Notes: generated by a model not told the origin, from the sequence alone. A stretch of 64,000 nucleotides of DNA from an uncultured Deinococcaceae bacterium (GCA_964252075.1 CAXULY010000002.1:64001-128000), one strand, 5' to 3'. Shown: positions 39,711 to 49,475, counted from the first letter of the stretch. Program-made: numbers and translations.

Positions 39711-41126
39711 CTACCAGCCGACGCGAACGATGAGCCCCTTCGGGTCCCCGACCTCCAGGTACGCGGCCTGCTGGTTCACGTCGTCGTACGCGAAGCCGTA
39801 GGCGAGACCGCCCAGGCTGTGCCGGTGCCAGAAGCGCGCGTAGAAGTTCGCGGGCGCGTTCAGGTAGTACTGCGAGGGCGTGCCGCGCGCGGCGGCGTTC
39901 TCGTACACGTGCCGGTTGATGGCGGCGCACGCGGCGGCGTCCGCGGCGTTCCCGTTGCACAGCAGGATCTCCTGCGTGGTGGGCTTCGTGGCGGTGGTGG
40001 TCCAGACCTGATTCACGTACGCCGCGAAGTAATTCCCCTGCGGGCCGCCCGCGCGGAAATCACCGAAGATCGGCGCGACGATGCGGTACGGCGCCTGGAT
40101 GTTCGCAAGGTGCGTGAACGCGCCCGGCACCTCCGCGCGGAAGGCGCTGAAGATCGCGGCGCGCGACTCGGATTCCGGTTCGCCCACCGTGCGGTCGTAG
40201 GTGCCCGCGCGGTTCACGAGGCGGTGCTCCAGGGGGAACCCGAAGGCGTCCACGCGCGTGGTGTTGCCGTGGTAGCCGGAGTCGTTTACGGTGAACTCGA
40301 TGAAGTCGAAGTACACGTCGCGGTTCGGGTCGCCGGGGTTGTTGATGTCCGGCCCCGCGAAGCCCGCGTCGAAAGTCCGGATGAAGCACGGGGTGCCCAC
40401 GCACAGGAACATCCGTCCGGAGGTCACGCGCGGGAGGCTCGCCCACGCGGCGTCACTCACGCGGTGGTAGATGTTCGCGTAGTTCACGTTGTTCTTCGTG
40501 AGGTGCCCCGCCGCGTCGTTCAGCGCGGCGGAGGTGGGCTGCAGCTGGCCGTTCAGGTCGAGGTAACTCCAGCGGTTGTTCGCGGGGTTGATGCCCAGCA
40601 CCCCCCAGTACAGCTGGTTGTCGGCGTACGCGCCGTTCGTCCCGTTCATGACCTTGAGCGCCATGACGCCGTTGCCCGACGGAGCGGGAATCGCGGACGC
40701 GGGCACCGAGCCGATGGAACCCGAGGGGCCGCTCGGGGGCGGCGTGCTGCCGCCCACCGTGAAGCGTTCGGTGGGCGTGTCGTACGCGGGCGTGCCGTTG
40801 TTGTACGTGAAGCTGTACGCGAGGGTGTCGCCCGTCGTGACGCCCACGCGCTGCTCGTACCGGCCGGCGGTGGCGTTGTACGTCATGCGCAGGTTCTGCT
40901 GCCCGCCCGCGTTGAGGGTATAGTGCACGTCCACCCAGGTGGTGTTCACGCTGGACTTGAACCAGACGGTGGCGGTGGAACCCGCGACGCTCACGCCGCT
41001 CGTATAATCCGCGGCGGCCGCCCGGACGGGCGCGCCAGCGGTGACGGGCGGGGCGGCGGGTTCACCGCATGCGGCGAGGGCGAGGGTGAGGGAAGTCAGG
41101 ACAGCGACGCGCCAGGGGTGGGTCAT
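39711..41126 (-). CDS. GH64 beta-1,3-glucanase lipoprotein with N-terminal CBM56-like module
   Basis: Lipobox LAAC; WVDVHY..QQNLRM..YSFTY (CBM56-like); FDFIEFT, NTTRVDAFG, AAINRHV, AYGFAYDDV (GH64). Confidence 0.88.
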   Translation of the reverse strand: MTHPWRVAVLTSLTLALAACGEPAAPPVTAGAPVRAAAADYTSGVSVAGSTATVWFKSSVNTTWVDVHYTLNAGGQQNLRMTYNATAGRYEQRVGVTTGDTLAYSFTYNNGTPAYDTPTERFTVGGSTPPPSGPSGSIGSVPASAIPAPSGNGVMALKVMNGTNGAYADNQLYWGVLGINPANNRWSYLDLNGQLQPTSAALNDAAGHLTKNNVNYANIYHRVSDAAWASLPRVTSGRMFLCVGTPCFIRTFDAGFAGPDINNPGDPNRDVYFDFIEFTVNDSGYHGNTTRVDAFGFPLEHRLVNRAGTYDRTVGEPESESRAAIFSAFRAEVPGAFTHLANIQAPYRIVAPIFGDFRAGGPQGNYFAAYVNQVWTTTATKPTTQEILLCNGNAADAAACAAINRHVYENAAARGTPSQYYLNAPANFYARFWHRHSLGGLAYGFAYDDVNQQAAYLEVGDPKGLIVRVGW

Positions 41127-41236
41127 GGTGTGGTCCTCGCTGGGAAGGAGCCGGGCGCGGGGCGCCCCGGCAGGCACGGGCGAGTCAAGGACGATGTGGC
41201 CGGGCGGCGCGGAGGCGGGCCGCGAAGTTCTGGGGC

Positions 41237-41260
41237 GCGGGCGGGAAGTGTCCCGCCCGC
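41237..41260. other. Intergenic hairpin without U-tract upstream of GH64
   Basis: GCGGGCGGGA-AGTG-TCCCGCCCGC, 10-bp stem. Confidence 0.6.
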
Positions 41261-41287
41261 TGCCTCGCGGAGCCTGATGCGCTTCTC

Positions 41288-41321
41288 GGTCAGGAATAGA
41301 GGTCCTTGCTGCTGTATTTCA
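41288..41321 (+). repeat. Left terminal inverted repeat (putative att arm)
   Basis: GGTCAGGAATAGAGGTCCTTGCTGCTGTATTTCA; 25/34 ungapped match to reverse complement of 50565-50598. Confidence 0.75.
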
Positions 41322-41348
41322 TAGGGCGAACGCCGGTGAGGCACGCCC

Positions 41349-41498
41349 ATGCGTGAGCATCACGCCCTGCTGGTGAAGGTGACGGCGAGCGGGCCGCACC
41401 AACTGTACCTGGTGCGGCCCACGCTTGAGCAGTTGCAGGAGCGCCTCACGTGGTACGCGGCGGGCGGCTGGGTGGTGGTGCGGGTGTGGAGCGCGTAA
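41349..41498 (+). CDS. Small hypothetical protein (49 aa, below ORF-track cutoff)
   Basis: GGTGAGG upstream; MREHHALLVKVTASGPHQLYLVRPTLEQLQERLTWYAAGGWVVVRVWSA with GC-rich third positions. Confidence 0.5.
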   Translation: MREHHALLVKVTASGPHQLYLVRPTLEQLQERLTWYAAGGWVVVRVWSA

Positions 41499-41534
41499 CG
41501 CCCAGCTAACGCAATGAGTGTATGGTGAGCGGGT

Positions 41535-42509
41535 ATGCAACCCAAACGCGTGCTGGCCGTGGCGATGCTCTCCCTTCCTCTCGTTCTGAACCTCGCCGCC
41601 TGCTCCGGACAGGTCGGCCCACAGGGCGCTCAAGGCCCCGCGGGTGCCCAGGGACCACAAGGGCCCACCGGCGCTCAAGGGCCCAGTGGCGCGACGGGCG
41701 CCACTGGAGCCACCGGCAGCACCGGAGCCCAGGGCCCCTCCGGCGGTAAAGGCGCGACGGGCGCCACGGGAGCACCAGGGGCGAGCGGCGCTCCGGGTGA
41801 ACCGGGCGCCACGGGTGCGACCGGCGCGACTGGTCCCCAGGGTGATCCCGGCGCGACGGGCGCAACGGGTCCGCAAGGTGATCCCGGCGCCACCGGGCCC
41901 ACGGGCCCGACCGGCGACCCAGGCGCCACCGGCGCGACCGGTCCGCAAGGCGATCCGGGTGCCACCGGTCCGCAGGGTCCACAGGGCCCGCAAGGCGACC
42001 CGGGCGCGACCGGCGCCACTGGAGCAACGGGCGCCACTGGCCCAGCAGGATCTGGCGCGCGGAGCGAAACGGTCACCATTCCCGGCAGTAACTTTGGTGC
42101 GGCCAACTACGTCAACTTCACGGGCCCAGGCAATCTCTTCGCCAGAGGCACATACGTCTACGATGCCTTCACACAAAGCATGACGACGGATGATGTGGTG
42201 ATGGTCTACTACAAGCCGAGCACCACGCCGCAGTGGCAGGTGATGCCCTTCAGTCAGCAAGACAGCACGGGATACACGCAGCAAACCTTATTCACTTTCC
42301 AGAACAAGGTCATTTCGCTGTATTACGCGTACAGCAACTGTGGCGCGAACTGCGAAAGCGCGGTTCAGAACCTCACGATTCCGGATGCGCAGTACCGGAT
42401 CATCATCATGCCCACGACGACCGCAGCGGCCGTCCGGGCAGCGGGCGTCCCGATGTCCAGCATGAATGCCGTCGAGACGTACTTGAACGCGCACGGCGGA
42501 CTTCGCTAG
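41535..42509 (+). CDS. Collagen-like lipoprotein
   Basis: Lipobox LAAC followed by about 50 uninterrupted G-X-Y triplets (41607-42056) and a globular C-terminal domain. Confidence 0.88.
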   Translation: MQPKRVLAVAMLSLPLVLNLAACSGQVGPQGAQGPAGAQGPQGPTGAQGPSGATGATGATGSTGAQGPSGGKGATGATGAPGASGAPGEPGATGATGATGPQGDPGATGATGPQGDPGATGPTGPTGDPGATGATGPQGDPGATGPQGPQGPQGDPGATGATGATGATGPAGSGARSETVTIPGSNFGAANYVNFTGPGNLFARGTYVYDAFTQSMTTDDVVMVYYKPSTTPQWQVMPFSQQDSTGYTQQTLFTFQNKVISLYYAYSNCGANCESAVQNLTIPDAQYRIIIMPTTTAAAVRAAGVPMSSMNAVETYLNAHGGLR

Positions 42510-42556
42510 TCCACGCGTACGCACACCACCTCGCACTGAAGTGAGGTGGTGTTGTG

Positions 42557-42757
42557 CTAGCGCTGCGCCTTGAGCCAGTCCTCCAGCTGCGTGCACCCGC
42601 CCTCGCCATACCCGTCGCCCTTGAGCTTCCGCCAGCGCCACACGTTCCCGTCCAGCTGGATGGTGGCGGCGTCTCCGTCCTTGCAGGGCAGGTGATAGAG
42701 CTGCTTCTCTTTGACGTCCGCGAGGCTCGTGAGGGGCAAGCCGGGGAGGAGGGTCAT
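42557..42757 (-). CDS. Small hypothetical protein
   Basis: 66-aa ORF MTLLPGLPLTSLADVKEK... with protein-like composition. Confidence 0.55.
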   Translation of the reverse strand: MTLLPGLPLTSLADVKEKQLYHLPCKDGDAATIQLDGNVWRWRKLKGDGYGEGGCTQLEDWLKAQR

Positions 42758-42965
42758 GCGGAGGATCCGAAATGTGCATGTGAGGCGGGGCGGCGTATGC
42801 GCACGTCCCACCTCACCGCCTCTCGCGCCTCAAGAAGTCTAAATGGGAATGCACATGAACATTTGCTCGTAACTATGGGTTTGGAAATACTTCGCCATAC
42901 CGCTCATATAACACTTGTGTGCACTTGGCAGCCGAAGTTAACGAACCTTTAGCGTCCCGTGGTTC

Positions 42966-43900
42966 ATGATATATCGAAACCAAGCCAAAGCTACGTCGTC
43001 TTCTCCACCAGGAGGCATGATGAACACAGCTGATATCTCGTATTTGAGGTTCCGTATGTGGGTTGGCATCCTCGGACTTTTCTTGCCAATATCGGTAAGG
43101 GTAGTGGGGTTTTTTGTCGATGGTCTAAGCATTAGAGATTTTGATACAATAAGTGCTCATTATTATTCAAGCGCACGTGACATCTTCGTCGCTACAATGG
43201 TCCTTAATGGAGGCATGTTGTTTTTTATCGCACGTCTCGATACTTTGATGGAATAATAGCAAAATGCTGTGGCTTAGCAGCAATAGGTATTGGAATCTTT
43301 CCCATGATGTCTCCGCGCATTTACGGTGGGTACTCAGTAGATTTGTGGCCCGATACTTTTATATTCGATTCGTATAAATTTCTGAGCCTTGGTTTGCACA
43401 ATATATGCGTTGCGATATTTTTCACCTTAGGGGCTTATTTAGTATTTGTATCATTCCGCAAAACATCATTGGCGAATGAAATTAGGCGCAAGCCTATAAT
43501 AGTAGGCAAGGCAACCGATTTAGAGGACCATAGCGACGCGAAAAAGCTACGTAACCGGATATATGTGTGGTGTGCAGCTCTGATGCTGGTTGGCATGGTG
43601 CTCTTTCTGTCGAGCCCAGCAGTTGCTAAAAAGCTAGGCACAACGATTGAAGCGAAACGTATAGCGGGTGAGTGGCGATTTGCAACTGAAAGTCTTGCAA
43701 TTTTTTCCTTCGCTTTTGCATGGCTGGTGAAGGGTCAATCAGTTCCATTCCTCAAAAAATGGATTGCTGATTCAAGTCCTTCGCCAAACTCTCATCAGCT
43801 TCATCGCCTGAGTTTTCTTAGGAACAAAGCGTTCTCGTCTTTGAACAAACAAAAATACTTCTCTTATGTACTGACCAGCAGTAGTTATCCAATTACTTGA
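42966..43900 (+). pseudogene. Low-GC multi-TM membrane protein split by a frameshift
   Basis: Adding one T at the T6 run 43221-43226 joins ...GGMLFF to YRTSRYFDGIIAKCCGLAAIGIGIFPMM and the 43304-43900 ORF. Confidence 0.7.
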
Positions 43901-44131
43901 GATAACTACTGTGCGCATACGACCCACTCGCGGTATGTCGTTCTCGAACTAAACGAGGAGTGCGCTCAAATTGGGCGCACTCATCCAATGCCCAGCCGGC
44001 GGCGCCTAAACCCAGGCGCTATAGGTAGGACGGTTCAACGTGGGCATGCACTCGACCTCGAGTCGCGTGCACCTCCTCGACCGCGACCACTGGTGCACGC
44101 TGCTCCTCTGCCCTGATGGCCGCCGCATGAC

Positions 44132-44440
44132 GTGAGAGCGGTCGAGGAGCGTGTGGAGGTCCGCGCGCGACCGGTCATCATCATGACCAGCGGGGACGGG
44201 CAGATGGCGGGGCCCGCCGTGCCGCAGACCATCGGGTACCTGCCGCACATGATCACCAGGGGCCGCACGCGCCTCAACGTGACTGAGGTGGGCGATGAGT
44301 GGCGGTTCGGCGGGCGCTGGTGGCTGGGCGAAAGCCCACGCGACTGCTACCGCGTCCGGTGCAGCAACGGCTGGGAGCTGGAGTTGCACCGCATCGACGA
44401 TGACGAGGGCGCGTGGTGGCTCGCACGGATTCAGGACTAA
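44132..44440 (+). CDS. DUF6504-like (ImuB C-terminal-like) small protein
   Basis: EWRFGGRWWLGESPRDCYRV..LELHR..WWLARIQD pattern. Confidence 0.65.
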   Translation: MRAVEERVEVRARPVIIMTSGDGQMAGPAVPQTIGYLPHMITRGRTRLNVTEVGDEWRFGGRWWLGESPRDCYRVRCSNGWELELHRIDDDEGAWWLARIQD

Positions 44441-44847
44441 GCCATAGGAGGCAGGCCCTGCAGCTCGCGAATAGTATTCAAAAACCCAAGCAGTAGTGAT
44501 TCAAATGGTTCGAGGGCAAAGAAGGACTTATCTATAGCGACTTCCATTTCGTTGGCGGCTTCAATAACCTCTTCCGGAATTTCTTCATCACTATTGATTT
44601 GGTTTTTCAAAGCATCGAGATGAGCTTGGAAGTGTTCAACGGCAACGGCGGTACTGCTCTTGGCTTGCTCATAAGCAGCAATAGCCTTCGCGACATGAGC
44701 GGCGGAGTCGCGCTGTTGCTGCTCAGGAAGTGAAGAAGGGTCAGAATAAAGTGGATTGCCTTTCACCAAATCAACGAGTTGATTTACTTTAGAGATTCGG
44801 TTGTAATGAAGATGGATTTTCTCGTCTAACGCATGAAGTGTCTGCAT
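44437..44847 (-). CDS. Low-GC hypothetical helical protein
   Basis: 136-aa ORF; TACTAT-N5-ATG leaderless start. Confidence 0.65.
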   Translation of the reverse strand: MQTLHALDEKIHLHYNRISKVNQLVDLVKGNPLYSDPSSLPEQQQRDSAAHVAKAIAAYEQAKSSTAVAVEHFQAHLDALKNQINSDEEIPEEVIEAANEMEVAIDKSFFALEPFESLLLGFLNTIRELQGLPPMA

Positions 44848-44953
44848 GGCCCATAGTATCGGTCAAACGAAGACGCGCCCCCACCCGCCCGAAGGCAGGT
44901 GGGGGCGCTTGATTCATGGTGCACGGGTGATTCCGGTGAACTCTATTCCGGGC

Positions 44954-45362
44954 CTAGAACCGCACGGTGTAGGGGCCGAGGCCGCCACGCGTGTACTCCG
45001 CGACGCCGTGCCCGACGCCGCCCTCAGGCAGCCCGAAGGACTTGCCGCCCGGCACATCGAGGCCAGCGCCGAAGCTGCACACGACGTCCAGCTGGTCCGC
45101 CTTGCAGCGCCCGTCATTCACGCGCAGGCCTGCGCCGATCAGGGTGAGCCTGGTCAGCGTGGCCGTGCTCGCGCCCGCGTCGAAGCACACCCGCGTGGCG
45201 GCCGGGTGTCCGTCGGGCTCCGGCAGGCTGCAGCTGGTGGCCGCCGTAAGGCGCAGGACGGCGGGCGTGGGGTCCGTGAGGGGCTGACGTGGGGTCCAGC
45301 GTGGTCGCCATGGGCGCGCAGGCGCCGAGCAGCACCACTCCCAGCAGCGCGAGCCTCTTCAC
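44954..45362 (-). pseudogene. Frameshifted phage-associated lipoprotein
   Basis: GTG start MKRLALLGVVLLGAC (lipobox); removing one base near the G4 run at 45280-45283 joins it to TDPTPAVLRL...CFDAG...PYTVRF*. Confidence 0.65.
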
Positions 45363-45721
45363 TCCACGCCGCCTTCGTGCAGCTCCGGGGCGTCCGTCAC
45401 GGGCGCGGCCTCCCCGCCGCACGCGACAAGCCACGCGTAGCCCTTCTCGACCGCCACATCGACGGCGCTCTTCTCGATGCCGTCCACGAACGGCAGGTCC
45501 AGGTACGCGCCCGCCACGGGAATGAGGCCGTCGTACTGCTCCACGGCCCCCAGCAGCGTCTTCTTGGCCCACTGCTTCTTCTCGGTGCCCGTCGCGCCCG
45601 GCAGCGCCTCGTTGGCCTTCCGGGCGATCCAGCGCCCCGCCTCGACGAGCCCGTTCACGGTGATCTTGGTGCCGAGGATCTGCTTCAGGTGCTCCAGGGT
45701 GGTGCTGTTGCTGTTCGTCAT
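45359..45721 (-). CDS. Phage-associated hypothetical protein (possibly holin-related)
   Basis: AGGAGG RBS; GTEKKQWA motif reminiscent of holin C-terminal domains; no clear TM helix. Confidence 0.5.
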   Translation of the reverse strand: MTNSNSTTLEHLKQILGTKITVNGLVEAGRWIARKANEALPGATGTEKKQWAKKTLLGAVEQYDGLIPVAGAYLDLPFVDGIEKSAVDVAVEKGYAWLVACGGEAAPVTDAPELHEGGVE

Positions 45722-45794
45722 GCTGCCCTCCTATGGGCGCGCCCCAGGCCGGGCAGCCTGGGGCGGTGGGGTGCGTGGGGCCGAGGTGCGGGCG

Positions 45795-46049
45795 TTAGAC
45801 TTCGTGACGCTCGATGCGCGCCCGAATGTCCGCGAGGGCGTCCTGAATGTCGGCGTGCAGCTCCGCTTCGCTGCCGTACTGCTCGACGTTGAAGCTGACG
45901 CGCGCGGCCTTCAGGTCGTGGTCGTACCGAATGTCCTCCCGGATAGGACTGGCGTCACTGTCCACATGGAACTTGACGGTCCAGCCATCCGGCAGGGCGC
46001 TGTGCTCTTCCGCGAGGTGAATCTGGTGGTGGGCGTCCTCAAGCTGCAT
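45795..46049 (-). CDS. Small hypothetical protein
   Basis: GGAGG RBS; 84-aa acidic ORF. Confidence 0.6.
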   Translation of the reverse strand: MQLEDAHHQIHLAEEHSALPDGWTVKFHVDSDASPIREDIRYDHDLKAARVSFNVEQYGSEAELHADIQDALADIRARIERHEV

Positions 46050-46076
46050 GCGTGCCCTCCAGGGCGTGAAGCAAGG

Positions 46077-46113
46077 CGGGCAATAACAGGAAGATCCCTC
46101 CTGTTATTGCCCG
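46077..46113. terminator. 15-bp inverted repeat after tail-like genes
   Basis: CGGGCAATAACAGGA-AGATCCC-TCCTGTTATTGCCCG. Confidence 0.6.
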
Positions 46114-46153
46114 GTTGGATTGGGAGTGCCCCGCGGGGCACGACGGGCTGCGC

Positions 46154-47731
46154 TTACGGCACCGCGAGGGTGCTACCCACAGTGGTTCCCCGGCTCGCCA
46201 TCAGGGCGTTGTGCAGGTCCACCACGCTCTGCCCCGTGGGATCCGCGTCGCGCAGGTACTTCATGTTGCCGGTGCTCTGCCCACCGTTCTTCACGGCGTC
46301 CGCGCTGATCGGGTCAAAGGTCGTGGCACTGCCGGACGTGAGGCTGTAGTAGCTGTTGTTGCTCCAGGTGTTGAACCCCCAGATGACCTGTCCACCCACT
46401 GTCTGACCGTTGTGGTAGTCCGACACCTGATACGCCGCGCCGAACGTCGGGCTGTACGTCACACCGTTCAGGTGCTTCGCCGTAACAAACACGAAGTTGT
46501 TGATGATGGTGTTGTGGTGCCCGGCCTGCTGCGTGACGTAGCCCCGCGGTCCGTAACAGTAGTTCTGCTCCACCGTGACGTAACTGGTATTCGTCGCGAG
46601 GGTGTCGTTCGTGCCCGTGCGGTTGTTGTCGCCCACGAGGATGCAGGTGCTGGTGCAACTGGTTTCACCGGTTGCCTGATAGCCGTCGGCGTTCAGGGTG
46701 ATCTGGTTCGACGGGTTGTACGTGGTGCTCACGCCGTCCTGGTAGTTCCAGTCGTAGCCGCCGGTGCTCTGCAGCAGGTTCCGCCGCACCGTCGCGGGGT
46801 ACGCCGCCGAGCCGCCCGAGCCGTTCTGGAAGGTGATGAGGTCCTCGTGGCGGCTCTGACCCAGGTCGTTGAACACTTGGTTGTCGCTGATGTCGATGGG
46901 CACGCCCGGACACTGGTTCACCCGCACGAAGTTCGCGACGTTCCAGCCGTAAATGCCGTTGTTGGCGACACGTAAGCTGTTCTTGTTGTGCGTGCTGCCC
47001 CAGTTGGACCGGATGTAGCGCCCCAGTGATGCGCTCCAGATGCGCCCGTCCACGTTGCGGACGCGGTTGCGTTGGATCAGCACGTGATCGCCCGCCGCAG
47101 GGTTCCCCTGGAACACGAACGTGTTGCTGTTCCCGTGGATGTAGATGCCACTGCCCGCCGCGAGAAAGTCGCACCCGATGACCTCCAGCCACAGCACCTC
47201 GTCGCCGTTCACGGCGTACGCTGCGCTGCGGTTGTCCTTGGTGGGGGGTAGCACCGTGAGCTGGCAGTTGTACAGGCCGAGCCGCATGCGGAACGTGCCA
47301 AACAGCGGGCCAGCGCCCTTCACGCGGCAATCCTGGAAGATCACCTTCGTGCCGGTGTTCGGGATGCTCAGGACGGTGCTCATGTTAGCGTTCTGCGCGT
47401 CCGTCGCGGCGATGTTGCGACCCGTGATGGTCACGCTGGCCTGCTTGGCGGTGTTCGCGGCGTTGATGATGGTCTGGACCGCGCTGGGGTCCTCCCACAC
47501 GATGCCCGGGTCCGGTGGCGGGGGCGGCGTCACGATGGTGGTGAGGGCGCGGAGCTCCACCACCCGCCCGTACTTCAGGTCGAGTACGAGGGTGAAGGGA
47601 TCCGTGAGGGTCGTGGCGACCAGCGCGCGCGGCCCATCCCGCCTGTACCCGATGGTGGCCGCCGCATCGAAGTAGTACGGGGGCACCGCGCCCGCGGGGG
47701 CGGGCTGCAGGTAGTAGATGATCTGCGCCAT
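46154..47731 (-). CDS. Parallel beta-helix (tailspike/depolymerase-like) protein
   Basis: Asn/Gly/Thr-rich repeats LIQRNRV, DISDNQV, TVRRNLL, TVEQNYC, TIINNFV; Pro-rich linker after short N-domain. Confidence 0.6.
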   Translation of the reverse strand: MAQIIYYLQPAPAGAVPPYYFDAAATIGYRRDGPRALVATTLTDPFTLVLDLKYGRVVELRALTTIVTPPPPPDPGIVWEDPSAVQTIINAANTAKQASVTITGRNIAATDAQNANMSTVLSIPNTGTKVIFQDCRVKGAGPLFGTFRMRLGLYNCQLTVLPPTKDNRSAAYAVNGDEVLWLEVIGCDFLAAGSGIYIHGNSNTFVFQGNPAAGDHVLIQRNRVRNVDGRIWSASLGRYIRSNWGSTHNKNSLRVANNGIYGWNVANFVRVNQCPGVPIDISDNQVFNDLGQSRHEDLITFQNGSGGSAAYPATVRRNLLQSTGGYDWNYQDGVSTTYNPSNQITLNADGYQATGETSCTSTCILVGDNNRTGTNDTLATNTSYVTVEQNYCYGPRGYVTQQAGHHNTIINNFVFVTAKHLNGVTYSPTFGAAYQVSDYHNGQTVGGQVIWGFNTWSNNSYYSLTSGSATTFDPISADAVKNGGQSTGNMKYLRDADPTGQSVVDLHNALMASRGTTVGSTLAVP

Positions 47732-49089
47732 TAGGCCACCGGCGCAGGGTCGGTCGAGCGCGAGAAGGACGGCCGGCCGATCTTCAGGTACCCCAGGTCG
47801 ATGCCGAAGCCCCAGTCACCTGCGCCCAGCACCTGATTCTGGTACGCCTCCAGCGTGAGGGCGGCGGGCTCGGCGGTGCCGTAGGTCCAGATCTTGCCCC
47901 GGATCTTGGTGCCCTCCAGGCGCAGCCAGCCTTCGTACATGGTGCCCTGCACCAGCTTGATGGCGGTGTTGGTGAGGTTGCCACCCGTCGTGGCCTGAAT
48001 CGTGTTGGCGACGCCGTTCACGGTGACCACGAAGGTCACGCCGCTGGTGTTCAGCTGCATCGCGACGTTCGTCTCACTGCCCACCGCGCCCGTCGCGCGC
48101 CCCACCCAGCGGATGTACCCAATGGTGCCGTTGTCGTTCTCCAAGACACCGCGCACCTCGCCGTCCACCCAGCTGCTCGTGCTGACGCGCGTGATGATGC
48201 GGCGGTTGGTGCCACTGCTCGTGCCACCCGCGTTGAACTTCATGAACACACCGCCGGGGTACGCAGCGTCCGAACCGACCGCGACTGGCTGGGACGGCTG
48301 GAGGTACGGCATGCGGTAGTTCGCGGTGGTGGGGGTGTTCGTGGTGGTGTCGTTGAGGTTGTAGCTGCTGAGGTTGTCGAAGATCGGCGTGAGGCTCGCG
48401 TCCACGATGCTCAGCAGATCCCGCACGCGGAACGCAAACTGATTCGCGCCTGTCGCGACGCCCGCCTCCAGGTACGGGCGGATGGCGGTGGGCTGCAGTC
48501 CCGCAGGGACCGGTGAAGTGACGGCCTGCCAGTTCGTGGCGGTGAGGCTCGTCTTGTCGATCAGCACGATGCGCTGCCCCGCCGTGAGTCCGCCCGCCGC
48601 GACCGTGACGGTGCCCCCCTCGCGCTTGATGGTGCCCGTGGACTCCTTGTAGTACCAAGTGACGTCCTTGAGGTCCACCGTCCACGGCTGCGCTTCTTTC
48701 AGCACGGTGCTGCCCGGCAGCAGGTAGCACAGGCGGTCCGTGGCGACCGCGCTGGAGTCCAGTCCGGTCACGATGTACGGGTCAGGGGAGGTGAACACCA
48801 CGATGAGGCCCGCCGCGCTGAACGTCGCGCCGCTCGTGAAGGCGCTCGGCGTGCTGTACAGGGCGTTCCCGAAGCTGAACTGGTCGCCGGGGTTGTACTG
48901 GGTGTTCGCGGCCCACGCGCCGCGGTTCACGACGTTCTGCCCCTTCACGACGCCGAGGTCGGCGGTCGTGCCGTCCGTGTACGTCTGGATCAGGTGCCCT
49001 GCGGCGTCGATCACGCTGCTCTGAATGCCGCGCCCAGGCGTGCCCGGACCCCCGCCGCCACCAGCCGGCGGCCTGCTGCCCCACGTCAT
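47731..49089 (-). CDS. Tail-fibre-like protein with CBM5/12-like repeat
   Basis: GRGIQSSVIDAAGHLIQTYTDGTTADLGVVKG fibre motif; RGAWAANTQYNPGD; beta-rich C-terminus. Confidence 0.65.
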   Translation of the reverse strand: MTWGSRPPAGGGGGPGTPGRGIQSSVIDAAGHLIQTYTDGTTADLGVVKGQNVVNRGAWAANTQYNPGDQFSFGNALYSTPSAFTSGATFSAAGLIVVFTSPDPYIVTGLDSSAVATDRLCYLLPGSTVLKEAQPWTVDLKDVTWYYKESTGTIKREGGTVTVAAGGLTAGQRIVLIDKTSLTATNWQAVTSPVPAGLQPTAIRPYLEAGVATGANQFAFRVRDLLSIVDASLTPIFDNLSSYNLNDTTTNTPTTANYRMPYLQPSQPVAVGSDAAYPGGVFMKFNAGGTSSGTNRRIITRVSTSSWVDGEVRGVLENDNGTIGYIRWVGRATGAVGSETNVAMQLNTSGVTFVVTVNGVANTIQATTGGNLTNTAIKLVQGTMYEGWLRLEGTKIRGKIWTYGTAEPAALTLEAYQNQVLGAGDWGFGIDLGYLKIGRPSFSRSTDPAPVA

Positions 49090-49421
49090 GAGAAGAACTC
49101 CAGCCGCACGTCACCCGTGCTCAGGAGCGCGATGTGCGTGAGGCCCGACACGACGAAGGTATCTGCCGCCCCTGCGGGGATGTAGGCAGGCGCCGTGCCG
49201 TCCATGATGGCCCCACTGGGTACGGCGGCTGTCACCCCTACGTCTTTCCCGCCACGCACCCACGCGGCGCCGGCGAACGTGACGATGTAAGCGAAACGCG
49301 CTCCTGCAGGGATGGCAATGGCACCCCCTGCGGGGGCCTGGTAGTAGTTCCCGCCGTATCCGAGCGGCAGGATGCTGATGGGCGAACCGTTGGGGCTCTG
49401 GACCTGGAGGAGTGCCTGCAT
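49086..49421 (-). CDS. Phage-associated hypothetical protein
   Basis: GAGGTG RBS; ATGA-coupled to the tail-fibre-like gene. Confidence 0.65.
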   Translation of the reverse strand: MQALLQVQSPNGSPISILPLGYGGNYYQAPAGGAIAIPAGARFAYIVTFAGAAWVRGGKDVGVTAAVPSGAIMDGTAPAYIPAGAADTFVVSGLTHIALLSTGDVRLEFFS

Positions 49422-49475
49422 GGGTCACCTCGTGACAAGAAGGCGCCCGCATGCGCTGACACATGCGGGCTGGGT

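Noticed and set aside
41607..42056. Tandem 9-bp-period repeats resembling an array
   Set aside because: Collagen GXY coding repeats; no constant repeat/unique spacer pattern and no cas genes, so not CRISPR
49134..49475. Apparent N-terminus of a 477-aa recombinase
   Set aside because: Antisense to the 49086-49421 gene and lacks the catalytic serine motif; fortuitous open frame
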